From positions 1-51,346 of IMG/VR virus record IMGVR_UViG_3300049259_000157: DNA of 51,346 nucleotides. The stretch is one strand, 5' to 3'. Shown piece after piece: positions 37,924-46,428 of this stretch. This DNA comes from a virus. Its lineage: Duplodnaviria; Caudoviricetes. Position 1 is the stretch's first letter. Every line of letters starts with the position of its first letter. The position numbers and the translations under genes were made by a program. The notes under the pieces were generated by a model. It searched no databases. It saw only the letters and a program-made list of their open reading frames with translations, and was not told the origin of the DNA.

Positions 37924-38383
37924 CGCGGCGGATCGGAATCACCTTGGCGCCGGCGGACTTCGGTCGGCGTTCGAGCTTCGCCGCGGCGCGATTGCGCTTC
38001 TTGGCATCGAGCTCCTCCCGGTCGGCGTTGATCTGCTGGCTCAGATCGTACTTGGCGGCCTCGGGGAAGTGCTTCGACGCGCTCGCCAGGATGATCCGTA
38101 GCTCCTTCCGGCGCGCCGTCTGGCTCAGCGTCGGGTCGACCACGGTCTCGTACGCCTGCGCGGCGAGGAGCTGGTACATCCATTTCTGTAGCGCGGCCGC
38201 ATCGGACGGTGGTTCGCCGAGGTCGAGCATCCGCTGGGGCGCCGGCGCCGCCGGATCCATCGCGGCGCCGGGGTACGAAGGCGGTGCAGGCGCCGGTCCG
38301 AGCCGTTCCGGTGGCTCGTCATCGTCTGATTCGTCGCTCCAGAAGTCGAGATCTGGGTCAATCGGCTCCCGATCCTGTCGCAT
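37916..38383 (-). CDS. Putative terminase small subunit
   Basis: Position directly upstream of terL; helical core; start uncertain. Confidence 0.5.
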   Translation of the reverse strand: MRQDREPIDPDLDFWSDESDDDEPPERLGPAPAPPSYPGAAMDPAAPAPQRMLDLGEPPSDAAALQKWMYQLLAAQAYETVVDPTLSQTARRKELRIILASASKHFPEAAKYDLSQQINADREELDAKKRNRAAAKLERRPKSAGAKVIPIRRDG

Positions 38384-38663
38384 CCTCGGATGGTTGCTCT
38401 GGAGCGCTCCATTCCGCAAGGCCCTCGGCGTATGCCGCCACCATGCGGAGCTCGTCGTCCGACAATCGAGCGATCAGGTCGTTCAGGCGCCGGATGTCCC
38501 GTAGTGGTAGCCGGTAGGCGCGGTGCGCCAGCCGATTTCGCTCGAAATAGAGCTGTTCGCCCAGCTCGGCCTGCTTCAGAGCGGGCGAGACCTTAGTTTC
38601 TGCCAAATTGCTTTCTCTTTCCGGATCTTTTGCCGCGATCGGTCCTGCTGATAGGTCAGGCAA
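38358..38663 (-). CDS. Hypothetical protein (start uncertain)
   Basis: GC3-biased helical C-terminal 75 aa. Confidence 0.5.
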   Translation of the reverse strand: MPDLSAGPIAAKDPERESNLAETKVSPALKQAELGEQLYFERNRLAHRAYRLPLRDIRRLNDLIARLSDDELRMVAAYAEGLAEWSAPEQPSEDATGSGAD

Positions 38664-38872
38664 AGCTCTGCATGTAGGCGTCTTGCGGTGATCTGCCGCC
38701 TGCTCGACGGCGACGACCCCGTGACCACCGAGATGATCTCGGGATCGACGGCGACCAGGGCCTGATCGAGCCTGATCATGTGCACAGTCCTGTCACAATC
38801 GCGGCACACCTGCCGCCGCGGACCCTCGGTTTTGACGTCGTGGTAGGCCAGGTCAGCGCGGCGTGATGACAT
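38576..38872 (-). CDS. Zinc-finger protein (CxxC...HxxxC)
   Basis: CRDC...VDPE...HAELC; GAGGAGG RBS. Confidence 0.75.
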   Translation of the reverse strand: MSSRRADLAYHDVKTEGPRRQVCRDCDRTVHMIRLDQALVAVDPEIISVVTGSSPSSRRQITARRLHAELCLTYQQDRSRQKIRKEKAIWQKLRSRPL

Positions 38873-38905
38873 CGATTCCTCCTCAGTCACCGGCCATCGT
38901 AACAC

Positions 38906-39403
38906 CTAGTGAGGCTGGCTGCCGAAGTCGTCCTGTGTATCGAGATCGCTCTCCGGCTCGTCCTCTTCCTGTGACGCCTCGGTATCCGCCGGGAACAGCG
39001 GCTCCTGGAGCTCCGACGACGACGCCGTGCGAGCGCCGACTTGCTCCTGTGTGTCTGTGCGCACACGTATCACCTCGTTGGAGGCCGTCAGCCACTCCTC
39101 GATCGTGACGTCGACGCTTTTCTTGCCGCTCGCGTCGATTCGCCGCAGGGTCGAGCGCTCCAATCGGATCGCCTGTATCCGCGCCTTGAACTGAGCCTTG
39201 ACGTCGGCGAGCGCGTCATCGGCATGATCCTCGTCGGCCATGAGCTCGACGATGCGGCGGCGGCCCCGGTCGAGCTCGGCCGGCGAGACCTCGACGGTGA
39301 TCGTCTCGTCGCGCTGGCCGATCTTGCGGACGCGGCGCTTCGGGTCTGGCTTGGTGACCGGGCTGGCCGGCGCGGTGGCGGTGTACTTCTTGGGCTGCGT
39401 CAT
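38906..39403 (-). CDS. Hypothetical protein with coiled coil and acidic tail
   Basis: Clean ORF, ATGA overlap. Confidence 0.75.
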   Translation of the reverse strand: MTQPKKYTATAPASPVTKPDPKRRVRKIGQRDETITVEVSPAELDRGRRRIVELMADEDHADDALADVKAQFKARIQAIRLERSTLRRIDASGKKSVDVTIEEWLTASNEVIRVRTDTQEQVGARTASSSELQEPLFPADTEASQEEDEPESDLDTQDDFGSQPH

Positions 39404-39819
39404 CGTCTTGCCTTTCTCATGGGATCTTCGTTGTCCTGTCGTTCACCTTGGTGGTCGTTATCCTCGCACCATCTCGCATCGGCGACGCTCGAAACGCCGA
39501 TGCTCGATGGGTACATGGTCGTGTAGGTGCTCTCGACATCGTCGAAGTCGCCGATCAGCGTGATGAACGTCATCGGCGTTCCGTTCTTGGTGTGGCGCTG
39601 GATTCGGCCACGATCGCCGTTGCCGAGCGTCACGATCTCGCCGCGCTTGCGAGATCCGAGGGTCATCGTGCAGCCGAACAGCGGGGCGCCCTCGACAAGC
39701 TGGTGGCCGGAGCCGTCGCAGATCGAGCAACGCAGCCACGCGAGATCGGCGGGCGGCGGGAAGATATGGCCGCACCCGCCGCATTGCTGGCACTTCCTGT
39801 AGACCGGGCTCAGAGCCAA
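39400..39819 (-). CDS. DnaJ-type CxxCxGxG zinc-finger protein (start approximate)
   Basis: CQQCGGCG...CSICDGSG. Confidence 0.7.
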   Translation of the reverse strand: MALSPVYRKCQQCGGCGHIFPPPADLAWLRCSICDGSGHQLVEGAPLFGCTMTLGSRKRGEIVTLGNGDRGRIQRHTKNGTPMTFITLIGDFDDVESTYTTMYPSSIGVSSVADARWCEDNDHQGERQDNEDPMRKARR

Positions 39820-40130
39820 CGCAGCTCCACGCAGCGATCCGTGAAGCGATCCGTGAAGCGCTGCGCCTTGCGCTTCTTGAGCTGGGCCTTGAGCGTCTCG
39901 CGGGTCCGCACGGAGCGGGGTGGAAGCGGAGAGCTGGTGCGCGCCGCAGACTTGCGCTCGGATTCTGCGCGCAGGTGATGACGGCACTGCTTCTTGACGA
40001 TCCCGGTGGCCTTGTCGACCTCCGCGGGCGCCCCGCACGTCATGCAGAGGCCGTGACGGATCCGGGCGTCGCGGATGTTCTTCTGTCGTTCGGCGTTCCG
40101 GGCCCGCCGTTCCGCGATTGTCTTAGCCAT
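39810..40130 (-). CDS. Basic zinc-finger protein
   Basis: GLCMTCG...QCRHH. Confidence 0.7.
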   Translation of the reverse strand: MAKTIAERRARNAERQKNIRDARIRHGLCMTCGAPAEVDKATGIVKKQCRHHLRAESERKSAARTSSPLPPRSVRTRETLKAQLKKRKAQRFTDRFTDRCVELRWL

Positions 40131-40347
40131 CCGCGGACTCTACAGCAATCACCATTCCGTTCGACAGGACGATGGACCGGTCGGCGTCAGCGCGCGGGTC
40201 GCGTTCCCGGCGGATGTCGACGCCGGCGTCGGTTTCCTCGACGATGAGGTCGACGTAGTCCGGCACAGGACCGGCGTAGTGCTGGGCGATCTGCAAGGCA
40301 GGCAGAGCGCCGGTTCCCGTGTAGACGCGAAGCAGTAGTTTCTTCAT
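40123..40347 (-). CDS. Small hypothetical protein (MKKLLLRVYTG...)
   Basis: GAGGA RBS, ATGA overlap. Confidence 0.65.
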   Translation of the reverse strand: MKKLLLRVYTGTGALPALQIAQHYAGPVPDYVDLIVEETDAGVDIRRERDPRADADRSIVLSNGMVIAVESADG

Positions 40348-40817
40348 TTGTCCTCGATCTGGCTGATCTTGATCCAGGCGCCCTCCCTGCCCGGGTCGAC
40401 GTAGATCTTGCGCATGCTCGTTCTGACGACGCGGGCATCGTCGTCCCACACCAGCTTGTTGAGCCAGTCCTCGGTGCTGCGCAGGAGCTTGCTGGTATCG
40501 GGCGCCGAGAGCGGATAGCGCGGCGCCGTCCCCTTGATCTGTCCGATCAGTGGGCCCTTTTTGTGGAAGTGACCCATCGGCCGAGGCATGAACCATTCGG
40601 CCGTCAGGAACAGCGGAACCCCGACGAACAGGATGAGCGGAGCCCCGCCGGTCATCTTCTCGACCGCGCTCAACGCGGCCGCGCGTACCGCGCCGCCCCA
40701 ATCGACCTGCGCGGCGCGGTTCACCGGGGAGCCGCTCGGGATCACGCGGTTTCCGGCGGCGCGAACGCTGCCCTTGGGGGCCGGGAATCCGAAGACGCGA
40801 AACTCGATGACCTTCAT
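40344..40817 (-). CDS. rusA: RusA-family Holliday junction resolvase
   Basis: VFGFPAPKGS...FMPRP...PDTSKLLRSTEDWL...VWDDDARVV...KIY. Confidence 0.92.
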   Translation of the reverse strand: MKVIEFRVFGFPAPKGSVRAAGNRVIPSGSPVNRAAQVDWGGAVRAAALSAVEKMTGGAPLILFVGVPLFLTAEWFMPRPMGHFHKKGPLIGQIKGTAPRYPLSAPDTSKLLRSTEDWLNKLVWDDDARVVRTSMRKIYVDPGREGAWIKISQIEDK

Positions 40818-41359
40818 GGCTCGACGTTGACCATTCCCGCCTGGCGCTCGATGAACTGCTCGTGCGCGCGGGCGTTGTGCGGCGGCATCGAGGGCGGGAT
40901 GCCGAGCGCTCGGCACTTCCGGCAGTAGTAATAGCGAACTCCCATGGCCTCGCGTTCGCTTGGCGTCGTCACGCCGCGGCGATGCCGCTGGCGCTCGCAT
41001 TCGCGCGCTGCGCACCGTACGCAGAGCGTCTTGGTGTGCAGCGGGCCGGTGGCGCACTTCACGCAGAGCCCCTTGGCCTTGAGCTCCTGCTTGAGCGCCC
41101 TCCGCTTGATGGTCTGCGAATCGCGGCACTTCTCGCAGAGCTGCATGCCGACGCGATCGCCCAGCTCACCGCCACACGTCAGGCAGATGATGCCGATCTT
41201 AACGCGGCGGTTTTCGATGACGAGCTCGATGCACGGACGGCACGTCATCCGACCAGGTTGCGGAGGCCGCTTCGCGCAGCGCGTGCACAGCTGGGCTGCC
41301 AGTGCGCGTTCCCTGCGGACGGCGGCCGCGGCGCGATAGCGGGCCTTGGGGTCTCTCAT
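40814..41359 (-). CDS. Multi-zinc-finger protein (three CxxC..CxxC units + CxxC..H..H)
   Basis: Seven CxxC pairs, highly basic. Confidence 0.8.
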   Translation of the reverse strand: MRDPKARYRAAAAVRRERALAAQLCTRCAKRPPQPGRMTCRPCIELVIENRRVKIGIICLTCGGELGDRVGMQLCEKCRDSQTIKRRALKQELKAKGLCVKCATGPLHTKTLCVRCAARECERQRHRRGVTTPSEREAMGVRYYYCRKCRALGIPPSMPPHNARAHEQFIERQAGMVNVEP

Positions 41360-41652
41360 GGGCTTTGTCCTGTATCATGGTCGACAGGACGCTCGCAACC
41401 TTCTTCGACGTGGCGATCGTGGCTTCGACGGGTGTGTCCTGTATTGCCGCAGATGCCGCAGTGGTAGACCGTGGGTCGGCGATGTCGCGCTGCGAGCAGC
41501 GCGTTCCTGCGCTTTCGCTGCCGATCGAGCTTTTGGTTGGCGCAGCGCGCGCACAGCATGATGTTGGGCGCTCGCGTAGACCCGCATTGCGTGCACACGC
41601 CAGCGGTGCGGCGCGCTGCCATCAACGCGGCGAACCGCTCTTTCCAGTTCAC
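41356..41652 (-). CDS. Zinc-finger / zinc-knuckle protein
   Basis: GVCTQCG...LCARC and YHCGICGNTGHTRRSH. Confidence 0.75.
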   Translation of the reverse strand: MNWKERFAALMAARRTAGVCTQCGSTRAPNIMLCARCANQKLDRQRKRRNALLAARHRRPTVYHCGICGNTGHTRRSHDRHVEEGCERPVDHDTGQSP

Positions 41653-42182
41653 GCGCTGCCCTGGGTATCGGCCGGGGCTTCCTGCAGTGCGGCGAGCTGC
41701 GCCGTCGTCGTCGCGGCGTCGACCCACGGATCGAGGCCGAGCTCGCTGAGCGCTTCGCAGACCTCGCAGGTCTCGGCCCGGCCCGGCTCGCAGATGCAGA
41801 GGGAATCCGGGTCGGGCGCGGTCACCAGCAGCAGCCCGAACATGTTAATCAGCGACTGGCGGACGCCGTCGAAGCGCCTCGACTTGGAAGCCTTGGAGCG
41901 GATCTCGTTGAGCCGCTCGAGCTTGCGCTTCTGGAACGCGTCGACGGGGAGCTCGCGGTACGCGGCGATGAGCTCGGCGGTCTGCGCGTCGTCGAGCTGA
42001 TAGAACAGCGCCAGGCGCTCGATCTTGTCGATGCGGCACGTGATCCTGTTCAGGCTCTCGAGGTTGCCGTACGACGACCCCGCGATGCCGATCGCGGCCG
42101 CAACCTCGCGCTGGCGGTAGCGATTCTTGACCCTGAGGTCGCGAACCATCTTCGGAAGCTTCATCTTCTCTGTTGTCGTCAT
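41649..42182 (-). CDS. XRE-family HTH regulator with a C-terminal Cys cluster
   Basis: VRDLRVKNRYRQREVAAAIGIAGSSYGNLE; CIC...CEVC. Confidence 0.88.
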   Translation of the reverse strand: MTTTEKMKLPKMVRDLRVKNRYRQREVAAAIGIAGSSYGNLESLNRITCRIDKIERLALFYQLDDAQTAELIAAYRELPVDAFQKRKLERLNEIRSKASKSRRFDGVRQSLINMFGLLLVTAPDPDSLCICEPGRAETCEVCEALSELGLDPWVDAATTTAQLAALQEAPADTQGSA

Positions 42183-43027
42183 TTGACCATCCTATCGGAT
42201 AAGTAAGGGTGATGTTCTACTCATGTGCTACCGAATATGTGTGCACGCAACTAGAACGTGCATGGCGCGCAACAGGTCTTAGTTTGGGTGGAGTTACATG
42301 TTTCATGTAACTCTCTTTTCTCCCCTCTCTCTCTCCCTCCCCGAAGGGGAGGAGAGAGGGAGAGAATTAAGAATCTGGTATCCTGCCAGATATAGGTACA
42401 GCAAGTAGAACGTCTAGCTGACGCGAGATAGCAGTTGTAAGCCAGCTCTATCATGTGTCCAATCGAGACCGCACGCCGACCAGGATGTCGGTAATGCAGG
42501 TCACTTCACCTATGGGAAAAGGAAGGAAGCTTTCTTTGCGAACCAACGCCTCGGCTGTCCTGCCCACCCGCCCCCAGTTAAAGCCCCGCCCCGCACACCA
42601 CGTGACGCCAGGCTGACGCCTGCCGCATCTGCTGCCCGACCCGGCTCAGCACCACCACCCCACGCCACTGAACGCGCTACAACGCACGCCATGCGATGCC
42701 CCCAATCGCGGTCTGACCATGCCCCGTTGCGCACTGCGCAACGCACTTGCGTGCACACGACCACACCAAGCGTGCTCGCGAACACGGGGTTTGCAGGCAG
42801 GCCGATCGTGCGTGATTGCGCGCCCGTCTTGACTTGCCTGCTCGCGCCTAGGCGCACACGCGTTTCTCGCGCGCCTGCGTCATCACATACGCGTGATCGC
42901 ACGCGAGGAAATCCTGAACAATTTCGCTGGGTTGCGAAAATGAGACGAGCCTCCCCTTGACGCCGATCCTCGGGATGACTAACCTGAGAATCTCGGGTCG
43001 TTCATCCCACGGCCCCCAAGGCACCCC
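42183..43027. promoter_or_regulatory. Divergent non-coding control region with palindromes and pyrimidine/purine tracts
   Basis: No convincing ORF; lower GC; GAGTTACATG-TTT-CATGTAACTC (42291-42313); CCTCCCC-GAA-GGGGAGG (42336-42352). Confidence 0.75.
42957..42985 (+). promoter_or_regulatory. Sigma70-like promoter for the rightward early genes
   Basis: TTGACG-17 nt-TAACCT. Confidence 0.7.
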
Positions 43028-43270
43028 ATGACCACCGCCGCCCACGCAGCCCTCGCCGAACTCGACCTCGCCCGGACCTACGCCCGGTCGCTGCACCTCG
43101 CCAAGACGGAGCGCCAGCAGGCGGCCCGACTCGCGACGTGCATGGCCTGCCTCCAGGCCGCACGGGCGGCCGGCGTCGCCGCTGGGATGCTGACCATCGT
43201 CGCTGCCTGCGACGAGCTCGCCACTGCCCTCCGCGCCGCGGTCGTCCAGACCGCCTCGCTTGCCGCCTGA
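43028..43270 (+). CDS. Small Ala-rich hypothetical protein
   Basis: First ORF after the promoter; AAGG RBS. Confidence 0.7.
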   Translation: MTTAAHAALAELDLARTYARSLHLAKTERQQAARLATCMACLQAARAAGVAAGMLTIVAACDELATALRAAVVQTASLAA

Positions 43271-43294
43271 TCACCCCGGACACCAGGAGCCACC

Positions 43295-43867
43295 ATGCAG
43301 AACATCGCAGCCCTCGCGAGCCACCTCGCCAGCATCAACACGCTCACCACCCGCACCGACGGCCATATCCGCGTCAAGCCACTCGAGCACGTCGCGGTGC
43401 GCACCAACCTCGGCCCCGGGCAGCTGCTGAGCGTCACCGACGACGCGTGGTGCCAGGTCCGCCTGACGGGCGAGGCTCGCACCGACGAGTACCCCATCGA
43501 GCTCTGCACCCTCGCTCTGCCCGATGCGACGGGCCCCCGGCAGCTCGACGTCGTGCTGCTCGCCGACCTCACCAGCATCCCCGAGGACGACCTCGCGATG
43601 GGCGTCGCGTCGGCGGGCCTCGACCCCGACGGCGAAGCGCAGCCCTGGTCGGCGGGCTACCCGCAGTCTGGGCAGACGGTCGCGGCCCTGGACTGCGAGG
43701 GCACGATGCGCCTCTGGGTGGTCGTCGCCAAGGAGAGCGGGCCGGGCGCGGGGATGCCGACCGCGATGGTCAGGCTCGCCGGCTACTCGAGCAACGCTCG
43801 GCAGCAGTGCAGCGTCGCCAGCGAGGTCTACGCGGTGACGTCGCTCCGGCCGCTGCGCGAGGTCTAG
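43295..43867 (+). CDS. Hypothetical protein
   Basis: AGGAG RBS, strong GC3 bias. Confidence 0.8.
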   Translation: MQNIAALASHLASINTLTTRTDGHIRVKPLEHVAVRTNLGPGQLLSVTDDAWCQVRLTGEARTDEYPIELCTLALPDATGPRQLDVVLLADLTSIPEDDLAMGVASAGLDPDGEAQPWSAGYPQSGQTVAALDCEGTMRLWVVVAKESGPGAGMPTAMVRLAGYSSNARQQCSVASEVYAVTSLRPLREV

Positions 43868-43960
43868 TCACCAGGGCCGCGAGGCCCGCTGGGTGCCGCC
43901 GGTTGCCGGCGACCCTCAGCGGACATCCCGTCCAGCCACCCAAGATACCAGGAGCCACCC

Positions 43961-44389
43961 ATGCGCCGCACCAAGTGCTTGTTCACCGCCCTCTGCCTCA
44001 TGCTGACCGCTGCAACCCCCGCCCTCGCCGGCAAGCGCCACGCCGATGCGCCGACCCTCGCGAGCGCCAAGCACGCGGTCGCTGCCTCGAAGCTGCGGCT
44101 CGCGAGCGCCAAGGGCGAGGCCAAGCTCGCCGCGCACCGCCTGAAGCTGGCCAAGGCCCAGGCCGCGGTCACCAAGGCGCAGCACAAGCTCGCCGTCGAG
44201 GCCTGGATCGAGCAGTGCATCTACGAGCGCACCGGGCCGACCGAGGGCATCACGGAGGGGGAGGCCGCGGTGATCTGCGCTGCCGAGGTCCCCGACGAGG
44301 CCGGCGACGACGCGCTCAATGCCTGGGCGCAGCGCACCCTGGGCCAGCCGATCATCACGCCCGCGGTGCTCGACGCCAGCCAGCAGTAG
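43961..44389 (+). CDS. Secreted protein (signal peptide, Ala/Lys-rich helix)
   Basis: MRRTKCLFTALCLMLTAATPALA; AGGAG RBS. Confidence 0.8.
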   Translation: MRRTKCLFTALCLMLTAATPALAGKRHADAPTLASAKHAVAASKLRLASAKGEAKLAAHRLKLAKAQAAVTKAQHKLAVEAWIEQCIYERTGPTEGITEGEAAVICAAEVPDEAGDDALNAWAQRTLGQPIITPAVLDASQQ

Positions 44390-44466
44390 CCGACGGGGCC
44401 CGGCGCCCTCTGGCTGCATGCCTCGTTGCCTGCAGCTCCTCGACGCCGAGCACTGTCGCCCCCTTG

Positions 44467-44520
44467 TTACAGTTCGATACTCGCGACGCCCGCTCAAACC
44501 GCAACCCCGGACACCAGGAG
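44467..44520 (+). promoter_or_regulatory. Conserved early intergenic element, copy A
   Basis: 25/31 identity with 46071-46101; followed by GGACACCAGGAG. Confidence 0.65.
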
Positions 44521-44525
44521 AGACC

Positions 44526-44843
44526 GTGAAGAACCTCGCACCCTCTACCCTCGCATCCCTGCCGCCCGCCGCGGCCATCGAGCTGCACTCGCTCGCCGAC
44601 CTTGAGGCCGCGTTCAACGCGCGACGCCTCGCGCTCCGCGAGCAAGCCGATGCCCAGCTCCTCGCGGGGCGCGTGCTGATCGGCACGATCCCCCAGCCGT
44701 CGATGGCATCGCCGACGGGCCCCCGCACCCAGCCGCGCGACGGCCGCGGCAGGTTCCTGAACCGGGCGTGGCTCGCTGCGGCCGAGAGCTACTCGCCGGC
44801 CGAGCTCGCCTGGTTCCGGGCCCCGATCGCGGAGGGCAAGTAA
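44526..44843 (+). CDS. Hypothetical protein with a QPRDGRGRF motif, ends AEGK
   Basis: GTG start with AGGAG RBS. Confidence 0.75.
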   Translation: MKNLAPSTLASLPPAAAIELHSLADLEAAFNARRLALREQADAQLLAGRVLIGTIPQPSMASPTGPRTQPRDGRGRFLNRAWLAAAESYSPAELAWFRAPIAEGK

Positions 44844-44847
44844 CATG
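44828..44847 (+). repeat. Gene-junction repeat CGCGGAGGGCAAGTARCATG (also 45090-45109, 45244-45264, 45672-45691, partial 46586-46602)
   Basis: Read directly; each copy encodes the C-terminus, stop, RBS and next start. Confidence 0.9.
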
Positions 44848-45105
44848 GAGGCGCCGACGTTCGGCTACGTCGCGAACCGCTCGCCCACGGGCGACGCGAG
44901 CGCGCTCCTCGTCAGTCGCGCCGACGATGGCCGCTGGATGTTCCAGCCTGACGAGGGCGGGCCGCTGCGCGAGCTCGTCGGGCGCCACAGGCTCTACGCG
45001 AAGCGCGACGAGGCCGTGCTGATCGCTCGATTCCTGTGGCGGTGCAACGGCGGTCGGCCCCGTTCGATGCGGCCCGTGTCCATCGGCTACGCGGAGGGCA
45101 AGTAG
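44845..45105 (+). CDS. Hypothetical protein, ends AEGK
   Basis: Bounded by junction repeats. Confidence 0.75.
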   Translation: MEAPTFGYVANRSPTGDASALLVSRADDGRWMFQPDEGGPLRELVGRHRLYAKRDEAVLIARFLWRCNGGRPRSMRPVSIGYAEGK

Positions 45106-45106
45106 C

Positions 45107-45259
45107 ATGTCGATCTACAACAAGTTCGGTCCTCGCGGCCAGGTTGGCGGACATGACGTTGTGCCGCCACGCTGCATGGTGTGCAAGACGCCCGTACGAC
45201 CCGGCATGAACGATCCCTGCAGATGCTTCCCTGCAGATGCTTCCGCGAAGGGCAAATAG
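45107..45259 (+). CDS. 50-aa Cys-containing peptide, ends AKGK (not in the ORF track)
   Basis: MSIYNKFGPRGQVGGHDVVPPRCMVCKTPVRPGMNDPCRCFPADASAKGK. Confidence 0.65.
   Translation: MSIYNKFGPRGQVGGHDVVPPRCMVCKTPVRPGMNDPCRCFPADASAKGK
45214..45241 (+). repeat. 14-nt tandem duplication TCCCTGCAGATGCT x2
   Basis: Read directly. Confidence 0.9.
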
Positions 45260-45261
45260 CC

Positions 45262-45687
45262 ATGGCGCAGAAACTCGTGCGCTTCGAAACCTGGGAGCAA
45301 GTGCTGGAAGCGGCGCGTTCCGGAGAGCGTCTCTGGTACGCCTCACCGATGGACGTCGCATCGGCGTATGGGCGTCGCATCGTCGCGGTGATCCGCGTGT
45401 ACAAGAACGGCAAGCTGCGCATCGACGCGATGTCGAGCCAGCTGGACAACTTCACCGCAGACGCTGGCCATCTGTATAGGTTCTTTCGCCGCGCGAAAGA
45501 CGAGCCTCTGCCCGATGCCACCTCGATCGCCAGCGCGGTCAGGCAACTCGGCCATCACGCGAATCTCACTAATCTCGCACACCTCGGCTGGACGCGTCGG
45601 GATGTCCAGGCCGCGGTCAGACGGGGCGAAATCGCCTGGACTGCTAGCGGAACACTTGAAGCCAGCGACGTCGCGGAGGGTAAGTAG
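45262..45687 (+). CDS. Hypothetical protein with a possible C-terminal HTH, ends AEGK
   Basis: MAQKLVRFETWEQV...; bounded by junction repeats. Confidence 0.75.
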   Translation: MAQKLVRFETWEQVLEAARSGERLWYASPMDVASAYGRRIVAVIRVYKNGKLRIDAMSSQLDNFTADAGHLYRFFRRAKDEPLPDATSIASAVRQLGHHANLTNLAHLGWTRRDVQAAVRRGEIAWTASGTLEASDVAEGK

Positions 45688-45688
45688 C

Positions 45689-46003
45689 ATGGCAGGCTCA
45701 AAACGCTCCGCCATCGAGGTGTGCGCGCTTCGCGTTCGAGCACTAGTCGCCCATGATGCCAAGAGACACGCTCTTGTCCGTTCGGTTCTGAACGCACGCG
45801 CCGAGCGCTGTGATGCGAAATGCCCTGGCTGGCTCATCGATTCGGAGCGAGCTGGACGCATCATGCGGTGCGACGAATGCGCAAGCCTCAACGGCTACGC
45901 TGACGTCCTGCGTGACGCCGATGTTTCGAAGCTGCCCGCGGCGATCGATGCACAGATCGCATCGCTGCCTAACAGCGCCGGCGCTCGACGGAAGCGCACC
46001 TAG
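45689..46003 (+). CDS. Cys-containing hypothetical protein
   Basis: CDAKC...CDEC; starts at a junction repeat. Confidence 0.7.
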   Translation: MAGSKRSAIEVCALRVRALVAHDAKRHALVRSVLNARAERCDAKCPGWLIDSERAGRIMRCDECASLNGYADVLRDADVSKLPAAIDAQIASLPNSAGARRKRT

Positions 46004-46070
46004 CCCCTCGGCCCGTGGGGCCCAGCGACGGCATCGGTCAGTCTGTGCCGCGGCTCGACGCCACGACCTA

Positions 46071-46117
46071 TTGCAATTGGATACTTGCCACGCACGCTCA
46101 ACACAGGACACCAGGAG
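46071..46117 (+). promoter_or_regulatory. Conserved early intergenic element, copy B
   Basis: TTGCAATTGGATACTTGCCACGCACGCTCAA then GGACACCAGGAG. Confidence 0.65.
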
Positions 46118-46122
46118 GGACT

Positions 46123-46428
46123 ATGCCGTTTTACAGGACGCCACCGCTCACTCGCCTCGCCGAGACCTACGTCTCGATCATGCCACGAACCTGCAGCCTC
46201 GCGCTGCAGGGCCACGCCGAGGCGATTCGCTCGCTAGAGCTCGTCGCGCTCGCCGACTCGGTGCAGCCGATCGCCGAGGCGTCGTGCTTGCGCCTGTTCG
46301 GACGCGGCGTGTCTTGGAGGGCAATCGCGACGACCATGGCGATCTGCCGCAATGCTGCCAAGTCGGACAGGGCACGCGCCATCCTCGGCCGCGCCTCAAT
46401 CTACGCCGAGCGCAAGGCGGTGTCGTGA
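46123..46428 (+). CDS. Hypothetical protein
   Basis: AGGAGG RBS. Confidence 0.7.
   Translation: MPFYRTPPLTRLAETYVSIMPRTCSLALQGHAEAIRSLELVALADSVQPIAEASCLRLFGRGVSWRAIATTMAICRNAAKSDRARAILGRASIYAERKAVS

Noticed and set aside
34805-38031. Long + strand ORFs opposite portal and terminase (also 996..2414, 5311..6861, 9730..11118, 25182..26663, 47121..48461)
   Set aside because: Shadow or alternate-frame ORFs typical of high-GC DNA; no motifs, and they fully overlap well-supported genes
39833-39860. 12-nt tandem repeat AGCGATCCGTGA x2
   Set aside because: In-frame duplication (RFTD x2) near a C-terminus with no evident consequence
41367-41390. CTGT...ACAG as an E. coli-type SOS box
   Set aside because: Spacer is 10 nt rather than 8 and the site is inside a CDS; counted as two heptamer copies instead
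42251-43096. Short ORFs listed inside the control region
   Set aside because: Atypical codon use, no RBS, and overlap with palindromes and promoter; treated as non-coding
43868-43950. Hairpin-rich leader as a riboswitch
   Set aside because: An imperfect stem is present but matches no motif I recognise; such pairing is common at this GC content
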